A DNA stretch of 64,000 nt from an uncultured Verrucomicrobiae bacterium. Its GTDB lineage: Bacteria; Verrucomicrobiota; Verrucomicrobiia; Chthoniobacterales; UBA10450. A model generated the notes under the pieces. That model worked only from the letters and a program-made list of their open reading frames with translations, was not told where the DNA came from and ran no database searches. The DNA lies in contig CAWFGO010000002.1 of the NCBI GenBank assembly GCA_963815455.1, positions 512,001 to 576,000 on the forward strand, written 5' to 3'. Every line of letters starts with the position of its first letter. Within the stretch, counting starts at the first letter, position 1. Below are positions 1 to 9,294 of this stretch, piece after piece. The position numbers and the translations under genes are program-made.

Positions 1-540
1 CTCGTTCATGGTCCCGATGGCGCGGTTCATGATTTGTTTTTCTTCCTCCACCCGCTTGTCCTGATAGACGGAAACGATCTTGTTCGCGATATCGGCCGCT
101 TCTTGCGGATCTTGATCGAAAACGCTGATCTGAAGGAGATCGGTATTGCGGACTTCCTCCACCTGCACCCGGTTGCGCAGCATGGCAAAACAGTTCTCGC
201 GGGAGACACGCGGCCCTCCCTTGGCCCACTTGTCCTGCAACTTCAATTCGTCAATGACTGGGTAGAGAATGCTCGTTCGCTTGATCACTTGGAAAACAGT
301 CGGCGCCAGTTGCGGATCGTGAATCGGCTGATTGGAATCGCCACTGAAGATGCGCGGATTTTCGGCGGTAGACTTCACCTCAATAAACACCGAGGACTGA
401 TACTCCCGCGGCTGGAAGTAGGTGACGACCGCGGAGGTCATCAGGACGAGCAGAAAAGCAAGAAGGATCAGGATCCAGCGGACCTGAATAACCCGCCAGT
501 AGTCGAGAAAATGCAGCTTAACTTCGTCATTGTGCGCCAT
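1..540 (-). CDS. Wzc/GumC-family polysaccharide chain-length determinant / tyrosine autokinase, N-terminal part (runs off the left edge)
   Basis: Manual minus-strand translation from ATG at 540: MAHNDEVKLHFLDYWRVIQVRWILILLAFLLVLMTSAVVTYFQPREYQSSVFIEV, a typical Wzz/Wzc N-terminus; lies downstream of an EPS-type beta-barrel gene. Confidence 0.8.
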   Translation of the reverse strand, partial: MAHNDEVKLHFLDYWRVIQVRWILILLAFLLVLMTSAVVTYFQPREYQSSVFIEVKSTAENPRIFSGDSNQPIHDPQLAPTVFQVIKRTSILYPVIDELKLQDKWAKGGPRVSRENCFAMLRNRVQVEEVRNTDLLQISVFDQDPQEAADIANKIVSVYQDKRVEEEKQIMNRAIGTMNE

Positions 541-610
541 AGGGGACCCCAGAGAAGGGAAGGACTCTAGCAAAAGCCCCGCCAAAAGTAAAACCCGAAA
601 GCGGGATACT

Positions 611-2062
611 TCAGAAACTCACGTTCAGCCCGCCGAAATAGCGATTTCGTGAGTATTCCCGAAAGGAGAAATCGGAAGAAATCTGGGTATGGCCGTAGCC
701 CACATCGATGGCAAGGTTGCGCTTGATTTCGTAGCGAAGGCCGAAGGCCAGATCCACCGAATCCTCGGCGAAAGCAGGCGGCCCGGCGAAAACAAAGGGA
801 CCGAATACGACAGGCGGCCCTTCGTCGTATTCGTCGTGAACGTAATAGAATCCCGCGGTGGCACTGATACGCCGGGTAAAGCCGTACCTGGCCTGGAGAC
901 CGGTCCGGAACGTGGAGCGCGACTGGTTTCCCGCCACCCCCGGCTCCTCCAACGAGTACCGGTTTGTCCAACTGACGGAAGTGCGCTTGCCGACGGCGTA
1001 ACTCAAGGTCCCCTCGAAATAAGGCTGGCTGCGATCTTTGCTGTCCTTGAACGAGCGAAATTCAGCGCCGCCGCGAAGCGAAACCGTCGTGCGCGGATTA
1101 AAATTGTGCTCTATCCCGCCAAGCACCAGTTCCGTAATTGAATCTGACGATGCCTGATCGTAGCTGACAATTTGCAATCGGAGATCCGCGATCAATGTCG
1201 TTTCGGGTTTATACAGGAAGCGAAACTCGTTACCCAGAAGGTGCTCGGATCGATCGAGAAACGCTCCAAACGCGCTGCTGTCGTATTTCACCACTGTTAG
1301 CGTGTAACTGGTGGAGGTGGCGAAGCGCGGAAGCCATGCGTAATTGCCGATGAAGCGGTCCTGCGAATAAAAGTAATTTCCGTCCCGGCGATTGGTCCCG
1401 ACGTTGGCGCTGAAATCGGGCTCAGTCTGATATGAGACAAGAGCCACTGCGCTAAGGTTCAGTCGCGCACTGGCCTTGTAGACAAGAGAAAGGCCCACAG
1501 AAACATTGACGTCGTACTCCTGAAAGCTCGGGGCGGGAGTTGGAACAGGCGTGGGTCCCGGGGGCGGAGTCGGGGTTGGCGCCTGGGCCGGCGAGCGGTC
1601 GAAATAGTAGACAACCCCGGCGCTTACCCGAAGACCCATTTGCAGACGGGGATCGCCAAACTTGTAATCCAGGTCGGCGTTGGGACCCACGTAGCCGGAT
1701 CCGTTGCCACGAACATTCGTCGTGATGACATTGTCATCATATCCGCCCCGCACCGAAACCGAGAGCTGAAATGGAAACGTAGCGAATTTGCCGATTCCGA
1801 GATCGCTCCCCTCGTGGCTCTCGTCGGTTTGGCCGCTCCCAGGGACCGGAGTTGCCGCGGACTGCGGGGCCGCGCTCGCCTCCGGCGCCGGGGTTTCGTT
1901 AGGGAAAAAATTACTGAATACCCGCGCCGGCCTTGTCTCTTCATCCTCCTCGGCGGTTGGGTTTCCCTGTTCGTCTTCCGCCCGGCTGATCGCCGGCCCG
2001 GCCACCAAGGTCGCCAGCACCACCGCGATAAATCCGACTCTCGAAAACTTAAACAATGTCAC
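611..2062 (-). CDS. Outer-membrane beta-barrel protein, EPS/PEP-CTERM-system associated
   Basis: 483-aa ORF with signal peptide, 'GGYDDNV' start of barrel, alternating beta strands, C-terminal YSRNRYFGGLNVSF ending in Phe. Confidence 0.75.
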   Translation of the reverse strand: MTLFKFSRVGFIAVVLATLVAGPAISRAEDEQGNPTAEEDEETRPARVFSNFFPNETPAPEASAAPQSAATPVPGSGQTDESHEGSDLGIGKFATFPFQLSVSVRGGYDDNVITTNVRGNGSGYVGPNADLDYKFGDPRLQMGLRVSAGVVYYFDRSPAQAPTPTPPPGPTPVPTPAPSFQEYDVNVSVGLSLVYKASARLNLSAVALVSYQTEPDFSANVGTNRRDGNYFYSQDRFIGNYAWLPRFATSTSYTLTVVKYDSSAFGAFLDRSEHLLGNEFRFLYKPETTLIADLRLQIVSYDQASSDSITELVLGGIEHNFNPRTTVSLRGGAEFRSFKDSKDRSQPYFEGTLSYAVGKRTSVSWTNRYSLEEPGVAGNQSRSTFRTGLQARYGFTRRISATAGFYYVHDEYDEGPPVVFGPFVFAGPPAFAEDSVDLAFGLRYEIKRNLAIDVGYGHTQISSDFSFREYSRNRYFGGLNVSF

Positions 2063-2153
2063 AGGTAAAATCGCGGTTTCTGGATTGGGCTAATGAAGGC
2101 ACAAGCATAATTTGCGCTAAAATCCGCGGCAATAGTTTTTACGGCACTTCTCA

Positions 2154-4097
2154 TCACGCAGTACTCCGGGAAAAACCAGCCGATAACGACGATTGCTTTC
2201 CGCTTTCCTGCCAGTGTCGAAGATGGGCCTCGTACATCTTTCGCAGCACCCACGACTTCGGATCCAGCGCCATCGCCTCCTGGTACATCCATTCTCCCTC
2301 GGCAAAACGGCCCATCGCGTCGTAAACGCGGGCAATCTGGATAAAGAGAATTTCATCCAACGGAGCCAGGTTGTGCGCTTTTTGCAGTTCCACCAGCGCG
2401 GTCTCCAGAAAACGATCACGCAGCAGAGGATCTTGAGCCGCGCCGCCCTGGAGCGCCAGCGAACGGCCGAGATAATAATAGAGGTTCGGATTGCTCCGTT
2501 CATGCTTTAGCCCTTCCAAAGCCAGGAGGGCCGAATCCGCCGCATACATGTCACGGAGGGCCGTGCGCGAACGTTCGGCGAAATATTCGCCCGGGAGCAA
2601 ACGGACCGCTTGAATCGCAACCACGGCGCCAATCGCCGGAAGAAGCAGGCGCCATCCCAGGATCGACATCGCCGGCCGCCGCAGCTCGCCGCCACGCTGC
2701 CTGCCACCATTGGCGAGGATGCCAAACACGAACGCGAGAAGCAGGGCATTGGCCGGAATGTGCAGACTGAAATCGAAAAGCGAGTGAACTGCCGCGGCTG
2801 AGACAGCTGCCAGGGCGCCCAGATTGAGGGCCAGCCCGTTGCTGCGCAGCGCAGGAGAAGGCGACGCCCCAATGCGCCTCGGGCCAAGGCGTTGAAATGT
2901 TTGCCATCCGTGCCGGAGGTGAAGGACTAGAAACAAAAGCAAGCCGACTGCGCCCGCCGCGCCGTACTCAGCCAGAAGCTCCAGATAATCGTTATGCACG
3001 TGGGTTGGGTCCCCCTCCACGCGCTCGCTTCGGAACAGCCGTCCATAATACAAATACGTCCCGCTGCCGGTGCCAAAAGCTGGCTGCAACCGCCATTGCT
3101 GCACCGCCGCGTCCCGCAGGTCGGCTCTCAGTGCCGCCGAAGGATCGTTCAGGTCCTGGCCCAGGACGTTGTCCGCCCGGGCGCCGAGATAATCGCTTTT
3201 GTGAATTGTCGAGACGACCAGCGCGCCAATCACAATCGCGCCCAGCACGAGCGGCACGCCTACCCGCAGGAACACCTTCGCGCTGGCACGGCGCAAAACC
3301 GTCAAGCTCAACAGACCAAACACCAGCAGACTGACGATTGCGCTCAGATACCCAGTCCGGCTCCCGCTCAGCACGACGCCGAGATAGCAAACACCGGCGG
3401 CATACGCCACCAGCAGTTTTCCCCACATCGGAGAACGGCTCCAACAGGCGATGCTCACCCCAAATGCGCCGAGAATTTCCAAGAGCCCGGCCAGATGATT
3501 GGGGCAAACGTAAAAACCACTCGCGCGCCGGCCGTAGTCGAACCTTTGCAGGAAAACAATGGGCATGAAATTATTGCCATCGGTAAACTGAATCGCGCCG
3601 ACAACGACATGGGCCATTGCCAACACGAACAGCGAAATTAAAACGAGCATTCGCGGTTTGGCGTCCGTTAGGATGCACGAGGCAAAAAGATAAACCAGCA
3701 GTGCGGCCAAAACCGAATAGAGGTCCGTGCGCGCCAGATAGGCGTCCGGCGAAAAAAAGGCCCGTCCTAGGAGGTAACCGAAAAACAGTATGGAACTGGC
3801 CAGGCAAACCTGGTCCGGCGTCGGTCGGCGGCGGCGAATGGCAAAGAGCGTCAGAACGCCGGCCAGACCCAGCAAGCCGTAGGCCGGCAGGCTAAACAAC
3901 AACCGGGTGCCGCCGATCAGCACTTGAATGACGCCCAATGCGGCGACGAAGAGCGCGATTGAAACCGCGTTAACAAACTTTCCCGGCAGGACCCTTAACG
4001 CCGCAAGTCCTCGCGACGTTGAAGCGGAGGGCGCGTCAATGTCGATCGATCGAGTGTCAGAGGATCGCAAAACGGGGAAAAAGAAAAGCCGTTGCAC
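2154..4097 (-). CDS. O-antigen ligase (Wzy_C) family membrane protein with C-terminal TPR; start uncertain
   Basis: Multiple TM segments; RASGFYVCPNHLAG, SGSRTG, FGTGSG and HVHNDYLELLAEYG motifs. Confidence 0.85.
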   Translation of the reverse strand: MQRLFFFPVLRSSDTRSIDIDAPSASTSRGLAALRVLPGKFVNAVSIALFVAALGVIQVLIGGTRLLFSLPAYGLLGLAGVLTLFAIRRRRPTPDQVCLASSILFFGYLLGRAFFSPDAYLARTDLYSVLAALLVYLFASCILTDAKPRMLVLISLFVLAMAHVVVGAIQFTDGNNFMPIVFLQRFDYGRRASGFYVCPNHLAGLLEILGAFGVSIACWSRSPMWGKLLVAYAAGVCYLGVVLSGSRTGYLSAIVSLLVFGLLSLTVLRRASAKVFLRVGVPLVLGAIVIGALVVSTIHKSDYLGARADNVLGQDLNDPSAALRADLRDAAVQQWRLQPAFGTGSGTYLYYGRLFRSERVEGDPTHVHNDYLELLAEYGAAGAVGLLLFLVLHLRHGWQTFQRLGPRRIGASPSPALRSNGLALNLGALAAVSAAAVHSLFDFSLHIPANALLLAFVFGILANGGRQRGGELRRPAMSILGWRLLLPAIGAVVAIQAVRLLPGEYFAERSRTALRDMYAADSALLALEGLKHERSNPNLYYYLGRSLALQGGAAQDPLLRDRFLETALVELQKAHNLAPLDEILFIQIARVYDAMGRFAEGEWMYQEAMALDPKSWVLRKMYEAHLRHWQESGKQSSLSAGFSRSTA

Positions 4098-4136
4098 TAC
4101 TTGCGCAACGGCTTTTCGGAAAAAGTTGGTTTCGAG

Positions 4137-4982
4137 TTACGGATTCTGTCCCGAGGTCGGGGGATTAATGATCGCGGACCCGCCCGAGAGATCCAGGCCG
4201 TTATTGATGACCTCGCCGTAGAGAATGCTGCCACCGCTGATCACGACTTTGCGCTGGGTGGCCATCAGAATACCGCTCATCACGTTGGAGCCACCGCTCA
4301 GAGTCGGGTTCTTGCCGGATCCAACTACGTTAAACAGAACGCTGTCCCAGGTCAGACCGCCCGACAAAAGGATTTTCGAGCCGCCGGACAGTGAGAATTG
4401 GTTCGTCACATTGATGATAAATGCCTGGGTTGCCGTTCCCTGCAGGGTCACTGTCGAACCGCCGCTGAGCATGAAGTTAGTCAGTCTGAGCACGGTGCAC
4501 GATCCGGCTGAGGCCAGGATGGTCATTCCGTGGCCCGAAAGGTTGATGTTGGTCAGGCCAGCGTATTGAGGCGAAACCGGCAGAGCAAAAGCCGCGGCCG
4601 AAGCGTTCATGGCATCCATGACCGCCTGGTCCAGCAACGCATCCGTGGCCGCATCTTGAAATCTGTTACCGGTCAAGTTGCCGCCATTATGAAATGTGCC
4701 GCCCGTGTGATGATAAAGGTCTCCGTAAATGCTCGCGCCGCCGCTGAGCGTGACGTTGCCGTTTCCAGCCGCGCCGACGTCGCCCTGAATGTAAGCGCCG
4801 CCACTTTCGTTGTGGATCGAGGTGCCGCCGCCCAACGAGAATGCGCCCCAGGTCTTCGTCCGTCCGGCCAGACCCAGATCGATGCCGCACGAAGTGAACA
4901 GATCGGCCTTCGCTTCAAATGCAGTGAAGGCAGAAAGCAGCGCCACCGCGGCCAAGAGTCGTTTGCTAAGTAAAGATGTCAT
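4137..4982 (-). CDS. Secreted Gly-rich beta-solenoid protein, ice-binding (DUF3494) / choice-of-anchor-A-like
   Basis: Signal peptide from MTSLLSKRLLAAVALL; repeated LSGG(S/A) turns; helix DALLDQAVMDAMNASAAA; C-terminal VLFNVVG...GILMATQRKVVISGGSILYGEVI. Confidence 0.55.
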   Translation of the reverse strand: MTSLLSKRLLAAVALLSAFTAFEAKADLFTSCGIDLGLAGRTKTWGAFSLGGGTSIHNESGGAYIQGDVGAAGNGNVTLSGGASIYGDLYHHTGGTFHNGGNLTGNRFQDAATDALLDQAVMDAMNASAAAFALPVSPQYAGLTNINLSGHGMTILASAGSCTVLRLTNFMLSGGSTVTLQGTATQAFIINVTNQFSLSGGSKILLSGGLTWDSVLFNVVGSGKNPTLSGGSNVMSGILMATQRKVVISGGSILYGEVINNGLDLSGGSAIINPPTSGQNP

Positions 4983-5136
4983 AGACGTTTTTCCCCCGAT
5001 TGATTTGATGCCGATTCTGGTACCTGCGTGTCTAAAGTCAAGAATAAAAAGCACTCGTTTTTGAAAATCCAAAGCCCTTTTTTCCCTCGAGAATTTGCCC
5101 TTCTCATAAAGCAATTTTCGATCCTCTGGCACCACC

Positions 5137-5207
5137 AGCGGGCAACGGGAATCGAACCCGCATGGCCAGCTTGGAAGGCTGGAACTTTACCATTAAGCTA
5201 TGCCCGC
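5137..5207 (-). tRNA. tRNA-Gly (anticodon TCC), CCA not encoded
   Basis: Reverse complement GCGGGCATAGCTTAATGGTAAAGTTCCAGCCTTCCAAGCTGGCCATGCGGGTTCGATTCCCGTTGCCCGCT forms a cloverleaf. Confidence 0.95.
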
Positions 5208-5278
5208 GCGTAATGCCAGTCCGGCTCGGACCTAAACTGCCGCGACCACGCTCAACTGCCAAGTGCTTTTTGTGTAGC

Positions 5279-5362
5279 TGTAGCGGCGGTCTCCGATCGT
5301 CGCATTTTGGATTTCCCCGTTTGGCCGAGGAGAGAATGCGACGGTCGGAGACCGCCGCTACA
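5279..5362. repeat. GTAG-type REP inverted pair
   Basis: TGTAGCGGCGGTCTCCGATCGTCGCATT ... AATGCGACGGTCGGAGACCGCCGCTACA, ~28-bp inverted repeat; a related single unit occurs at 26369-26392. Confidence 0.8.
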
Positions 5363-5427
5363 AGATGCGATGCCCCAAAATCCCGGGCCGGCTTGCTTTT
5401 CGACGGCTGCAGTCTCTACTTCGCAAT

Positions 5428-6147
5428 ATGAACCCCTGGGTTGTTCTGAGTCTTTGCCTGCTTCTCCTCACCGGCCAGATCGCCCGCGCCGATCTCACCA
5501 TTGTTCAGAAGGTCGAGGGCCTCGCCCAGCCGGGCGAGATCACCATGAAAATCAAAGGCGACAAAATGCGCATGCAGCTCTCGCCCCAGGTCACCATGAT
5601 CTTCGACGGAAAAACGGGCGAGATGACCAGCCTGATGAACGATGAAAAAAAGGCCATCCGCATTTCTGCTGACAAAATGAAAGCCGCCACCGAGATGATA
5701 AAAAAGTTTAGTCAGCAAAAAGAGACCGCGGAGAAACCGAAGTTTGTCGCCACCGGCCAAAAGGAATCGGTTAACGGCTACGAGACCGAGCAGTACGTCT
5801 ATGACGGCCCCGACTTCAAGGCCACCTACTGGATCGCGCTCAACTATCCCAATGGCGCCGATATTTTGAAACAGCTTCAGTCCATCAAGTCCGACGCCTG
5901 GAGCGCGGCCAACGCCAAATTGCCCGATTACAATGATCTGCCCGGCATCCCTCTCCGAAGCCACATGATTCTGAAAACCGGCGATCCTTCCGGCCAGGGC
6001 AACGAGATTACCACCACCATCTCTTCGATTAAGACCGATCCCCTCAGCGATGCGGAATTCACCGTTCCCGCCGATTTTACGGAGATGAAGATGCCCGATA
6101 TTTTTAGCGGCAAACACGCTCGGCCGTCGAAATCGCCCAGCCCGTAA
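5428..6147 (+). CDS. DUF4412-like secreted/periplasmic protein
   Basis: Signal peptide ending ARA-D; ATGQKESVNGYETEQY and LSDAEFTVPADF motifs. Confidence 0.7.
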   Translation: MNPWVVLSLCLLLLTGQIARADLTIVQKVEGLAQPGEITMKIKGDKMRMQLSPQVTMIFDGKTGEMTSLMNDEKKAIRISADKMKAATEMIKKFSQQKETAEKPKFVATGQKESVNGYETEQYVYDGPDFKATYWIALNYPNGADILKQLQSIKSDAWSAANAKLPDYNDLPGIPLRSHMILKTGDPSGQGNEITTTISSIKTDPLSDAEFTVPADFTEMKMPDIFSGKHARPSKSPSP

Positions 6148-6158
6148 ACGCGCTGGCC

Positions 6159-6770
6159 GTGGCGACCTCGTTCCTGCTCGCCTCCCGGTCGCCGCGCCGG
6201 ATCGAATTGCTCGCCGCCGCCGGTTTTCGGTTCGACATCGTCGCCCCGAATATCGCCGAACGCGACGATGTCGATTTTACCATGCGCGAGCTGACCGCCT
6301 GGAATGCGCTTCGGAAAGGGATTTCCATCGCGCGCGCGCATCCAGACAAAATCGTCCTCGCCGCCGATACTCTCGTCGCGTTGCATGACCGGATCATCGG
6401 CAAACCGGCCGATCTCGATGAAGCGCGAAAAATCCTGCGCCGTTTGAGCGGGCGAACCCACCAGGTTTGTTCCGCCGTTTTCATTTGTCATCGGGCCGCA
6501 GGAAGATCGACATCGTTTCACGAAATTTCCCAGGTCCGTTTTCGTCGCCTCACCGATGCGATGATCGACAACTATTTCGCCAAAATAAATCCGCTCGATA
6601 AAGCCGGGGCCTATGCCGCCCAGTCTGCCATCGGACGGACTCGCCGTGGCGAGGGAAGCGGCGCCGAGATCATAGAAAAAATCGACGGCTCGTTCACCAA
6701 CGTCGTCGGCCTGCCCATGGAAAAAACCGCTCTCGCCCTGGCCCAATTCGGCGTTCACCCATCCAGGTAG
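6159..6770 (+). CDS. maf: Maf-family nucleoside triphosphate pyrophosphatase carrying an apparent 10-aa insertion
   Basis: LLASRSPRR, ADTLV, GKP, LSGRTHQV, DKAGAY and NVVGLP motifs. Confidence 0.92.
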   Translation: MATSFLLASRSPRRIELLAAAGFRFDIVAPNIAERDDVDFTMRELTAWNALRKGISIARAHPDKIVLAADTLVALHDRIIGKPADLDEARKILRRLSGRTHQVCSAVFICHRAAGRSTSFHEISQVRFRRLTDAMIDNYFAKINPLDKAGAYAAQSAIGRTRRGEGSGAEIIEKIDGSFTNVVGLPMEKTALALAQFGVHPSR

Positions 6771-6838
6771 GGACGCGCCCGTTCGACTTCGCTCAGGGCA
6801 GGCTCTCCGGTCGAAGACTCGCCGTGGCGAGCGCGTCC
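6767..6838 (+). repeat. GTAG-type REP interrupted by two nested micro-insertions
   Basis: Removing 6779-6803 and 6809-6828 restores GTAG-GGACGCGCTC-TCC-GAGCGCGTCC, a perfect 10-bp stem. Confidence 0.7.
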
Positions 6839-7065
6839 GACTAATTCTCCTCGTCCCGATCCGTGAAATCCGCCTAATCAGCGGTTTCCTCCGTCTTGCC
6901 ACGCAAATGTCACCAAAGAGCCCGCAAAAAACCTTCGAAAAGGATTGACTTTCGGGCCCGAGTTTATCAATCTCGGCATCGATAAAAAAGAACCGAGGCA
7001 AGGAGTGTCTTCCAATCGGGGGAAGCAGGAACCACAACGTTATTAATCTTATGAGGAAACGGACA

Positions 7066-8505
7066 ATGAATCAGAAATCGTGTTTCACTTTGGTCGCGTT
7101 AACCGCGCTCGTTCTGGCCGGCAGCGCCAATTTCGCCGCCGCTCAGCGTATTAACGAGGACCGGAACACCACATCGCATCACCGTGAGGACACCCTCCCG
7201 CCGATACCAGTTGTGCCGGCGGATTCGAACTGGACAGGTGGATCGGGGAACTGGGACAGCGATGCCAGTCCGGGATGGAACGGGACTGGTGTTCCGAACG
7301 CCATGGGAGCGGTCGCCAACTTCGGCGATACAGTTACCGGAACTACGACGCAGAATGTTGTGGGCGGCGTGACCGCAGGAACAATCTCGCTCACAAATAA
7401 TTCCAATAACTCCCGAACGATCACCAATACAAACGGCATCACGATGAACCAAGACGGAGGTGGGGCCGGATTCGCGACGATCAGCAATGCGAACGCTGAT
7501 ACTGGTACGAACTCTCTGCAGATTAACACCGGAATTCTCACACTTGCTGATGACCTGCTTATCAGCAACACAGGGGGTTCGACCAACACAACCGGAGCCA
7601 TCCAGATTACTTCCTCGATAGTGGGCGCCGGCAATGTAACGTTTAGCAATGCGAGCAATGCCGTATTGCAAGCTGGATCCATACGACTGCAGACGGGCGT
7701 CAACACGTTCGTTGGCTCGGTGCTTATCCAAAAAGGAACAGTAAGCTATAACCTGGCGACTGCGTTTGGTGGCGTCGGCAATGCTCTCACGCTGGGTCAA
7801 GTCGGTCAGGGCGGCGCAACCTTGATTTCTACGACGGGAGTGGGTGCCTCAAATAATATCACTGTTGCTTCGGGAACCGGGGGAACGCTAACTTTAGGTA
7901 CGGTAAGCACCGCAGCGTCCGGCGGAACATATTCAGGCGGCATTACCCTCAACGGCAATGTCAACATAACGAGTCAAAATACGAATCCCACGAATGGACT
8001 GAAGTTTACCGGTAATATTACCGGTGCGGGCGGAATTACGAAGGTTCAAACCGGCGTGGCCGTATTCAATCCTACAACAGGCGTGAATGATTATGCTGGC
8101 GGCACATCGATCAGCGCCGGACAACTCACGGTGTTGAAGGATAGCGCTCTTGGAACGGGCAACGTTAGTCTTCTGGCCAGCGGCGTCACTCTCCTACTAC
8201 AAGGCGGTGTGGCCAACGACTACATTTCCGATAACGCGACTCTGAGTATCGTCAGCGGTGCTGCGGCAAACCTGAACTTCACTGGCTCGGACAGCGTTAG
8301 TGGCTTGGTCCTTGGCGGTGTGGCGCAGACCGACGTGGGCGCCACTTACGGCTTTACCGGCAGCGGCGCGACCCATGAATTCGCGGATTTCTTCCTCGGC
8401 GCCGGCACGCTCACTTTGATTCCCGAGCCATCGACCTGGGCGATGACGATCATGGGCGCGGGCTTGCTCCTGGGCGTCCAGCGTTTCCGCCGCAAGAAAA
8501 GCTAA
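7066..8505 (+). CDS. PEP-CTERM-sorted protein with autotransporter-associated beta-strand repeats (alternative start 7051)
   Basis: Signal peptide; GAGGITKVQTG...NDYAGGTSISAGQL repeat; C-terminal IPEPSTWAMTIMGAGLLLGVQRFRRKKS. Confidence 0.9.
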   Translation: MNQKSCFTLVALTALVLAGSANFAAAQRINEDRNTTSHHREDTLPPIPVVPADSNWTGGSGNWDSDASPGWNGTGVPNAMGAVANFGDTVTGTTTQNVVGGVTAGTISLTNNSNNSRTITNTNGITMNQDGGGAGFATISNANADTGTNSLQINTGILTLADDLLISNTGGSTNTTGAIQITSSIVGAGNVTFSNASNAVLQAGSIRLQTGVNTFVGSVLIQKGTVSYNLATAFGGVGNALTLGQVGQGGATLISTTGVGASNNITVASGTGGTLTLGTVSTAASGGTYSGGITLNGNVNITSQNTNPTNGLKFTGNITGAGGITKVQTGVAVFNPTTGVNDYAGGTSISAGQLTVLKDSALGTGNVSLLASGVTLLLQGGVANDYISDNATLSIVSGAAANLNFTGSDSVSGLVLGGVAQTDVGATYGFTGSGATHEFADFFLGAGTLTLIPEPSTWAMTIMGAGLLLGVQRFRRKKS

Positions 8506-8523
8506 TTTCACAGGTTAGGTTTC

Positions 8524-8558
8524 AAACGCCTCTTCGGAATTCCCGAAGAGGCGTTTTT
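8524..8558 (+). terminator. Rho-independent terminator after the PEP-CTERM gene
   Basis: AAACGCCTCTTCGG-AATTC-CCGAAGAGGCGTTTTT hairpin followed by a T-run. Confidence 0.8.
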
Positions 8559-8564
8559 GCTTGG

Positions 8565-8732
8565 TGTAGAGGCCGGCGTGCCTGCCGCGCCGGAGTCTGG
8601 CGAAGGCGGGTCGCCCAAAGGGAAATTGCGCCCGACACGGGCGCCGCTACACCGGCTTTGCCGGAGAATGGTGTAGAGGCGGGCGTGTCGCCCGCAAACC
8701 AAGACATTGCGGCCGGCACGGCCGCCACTACA
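8565..8732. repeat. Two GTAG REP doublets left of the RAYT gene (8565-8651, 8672-8732)
   Basis: TGTAGAGGC(C/G)GGCGTG...TCGCCC ... CACGG(G/C)CGCC(G/A)CTACA; the first copy carries a 30-nt insertion at 8581-8610. Confidence 0.85.
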
Positions 8733-8740
8733 CTGGCAGA

Positions 8741-9202
8741 ATGATCAAGGGACGACCTCCCCGGCTTGATCAAATTTATCAATCTTACGATCCGCCGCTG
8801 TTTTTCGTGACGATGGGAACGTTGCATCGCCGCAGGATCGCGAAACTGGGCAAAGCGCATGCTGCGTTTCGCAAGTATGCCCAACGCGCTATCGAATTCA
8901 ATGTGGCTGTCGGCCGATACGTGATCATGCCAGATCATGTTCATTTTTTCGTCCAGGGTAATCAGAGTTTCGAGCTGACCAAGTGGGTAAACGGATTGAA
9001 ACGCACAATCTCGGTGGCGTTGGGCGCGACCAGCGACCGCCCGCTCTGGCAACCCGGCTTCTTCGATCATCTCTTGCGCAACGATGAGAGCTACGCACAA
9101 AAGTGGGACTACATTCGTGAAAATCCGATGCGGGCCGGCCTCGTGCAATCCGTGGATGAGTGGCCTTATCAAGGCGAGATCGTCCTGATCGATCGCGCCT
9201 AA
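8741..9202 (+). mobile_element. REP-associated tyrosine transposase (RAYT, Y1 HUH family)
   Basis: FFVT, YVIMPDHVH (HUH) and WQPGFFDHLLR...YIRENPMRAGLV motifs; flanked by REPs on both sides. Confidence 0.9.
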
Positions 9203-9203
9203 G

Positions 9204-9294
9204 TGTAGAGGCGGGCGTGCCGCCCGCAGAACCAAAATAATTGCGGCCGACACGGCCGCCTCTACATCCTGCGCCCGACACGGCCGCCTCTACA
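9204..9294. repeat. GTAG REP doublet plus an extra half unit right of the RAYT gene
   Basis: TGTAGAGGCGGGCGTGCCGCCCGC...GCGGCCGACACGGCCGCCTCTACA (9204-9266) and TGCGCCCGACACGGCCGCCTCTACA (9270-9294). Confidence 0.85.

Noticed and set aside
34..570. Plus-strand 178-aa ORF and other long antisense ORFs (e.g. 5416-6117, 8522-9253, 31727-32800, 36426-37991)
   Set aside because: Shadow ORFs opposite well-supported genes in GC-rich DNA, with no recognisable motifs.
5137..5207. tRNA-anchored prophage or integrative element at tRNA-Gly or tRNA-Tyr
   Set aside because: No integrase, phage genes or duplicated tRNA 3' end found for either tRNA.
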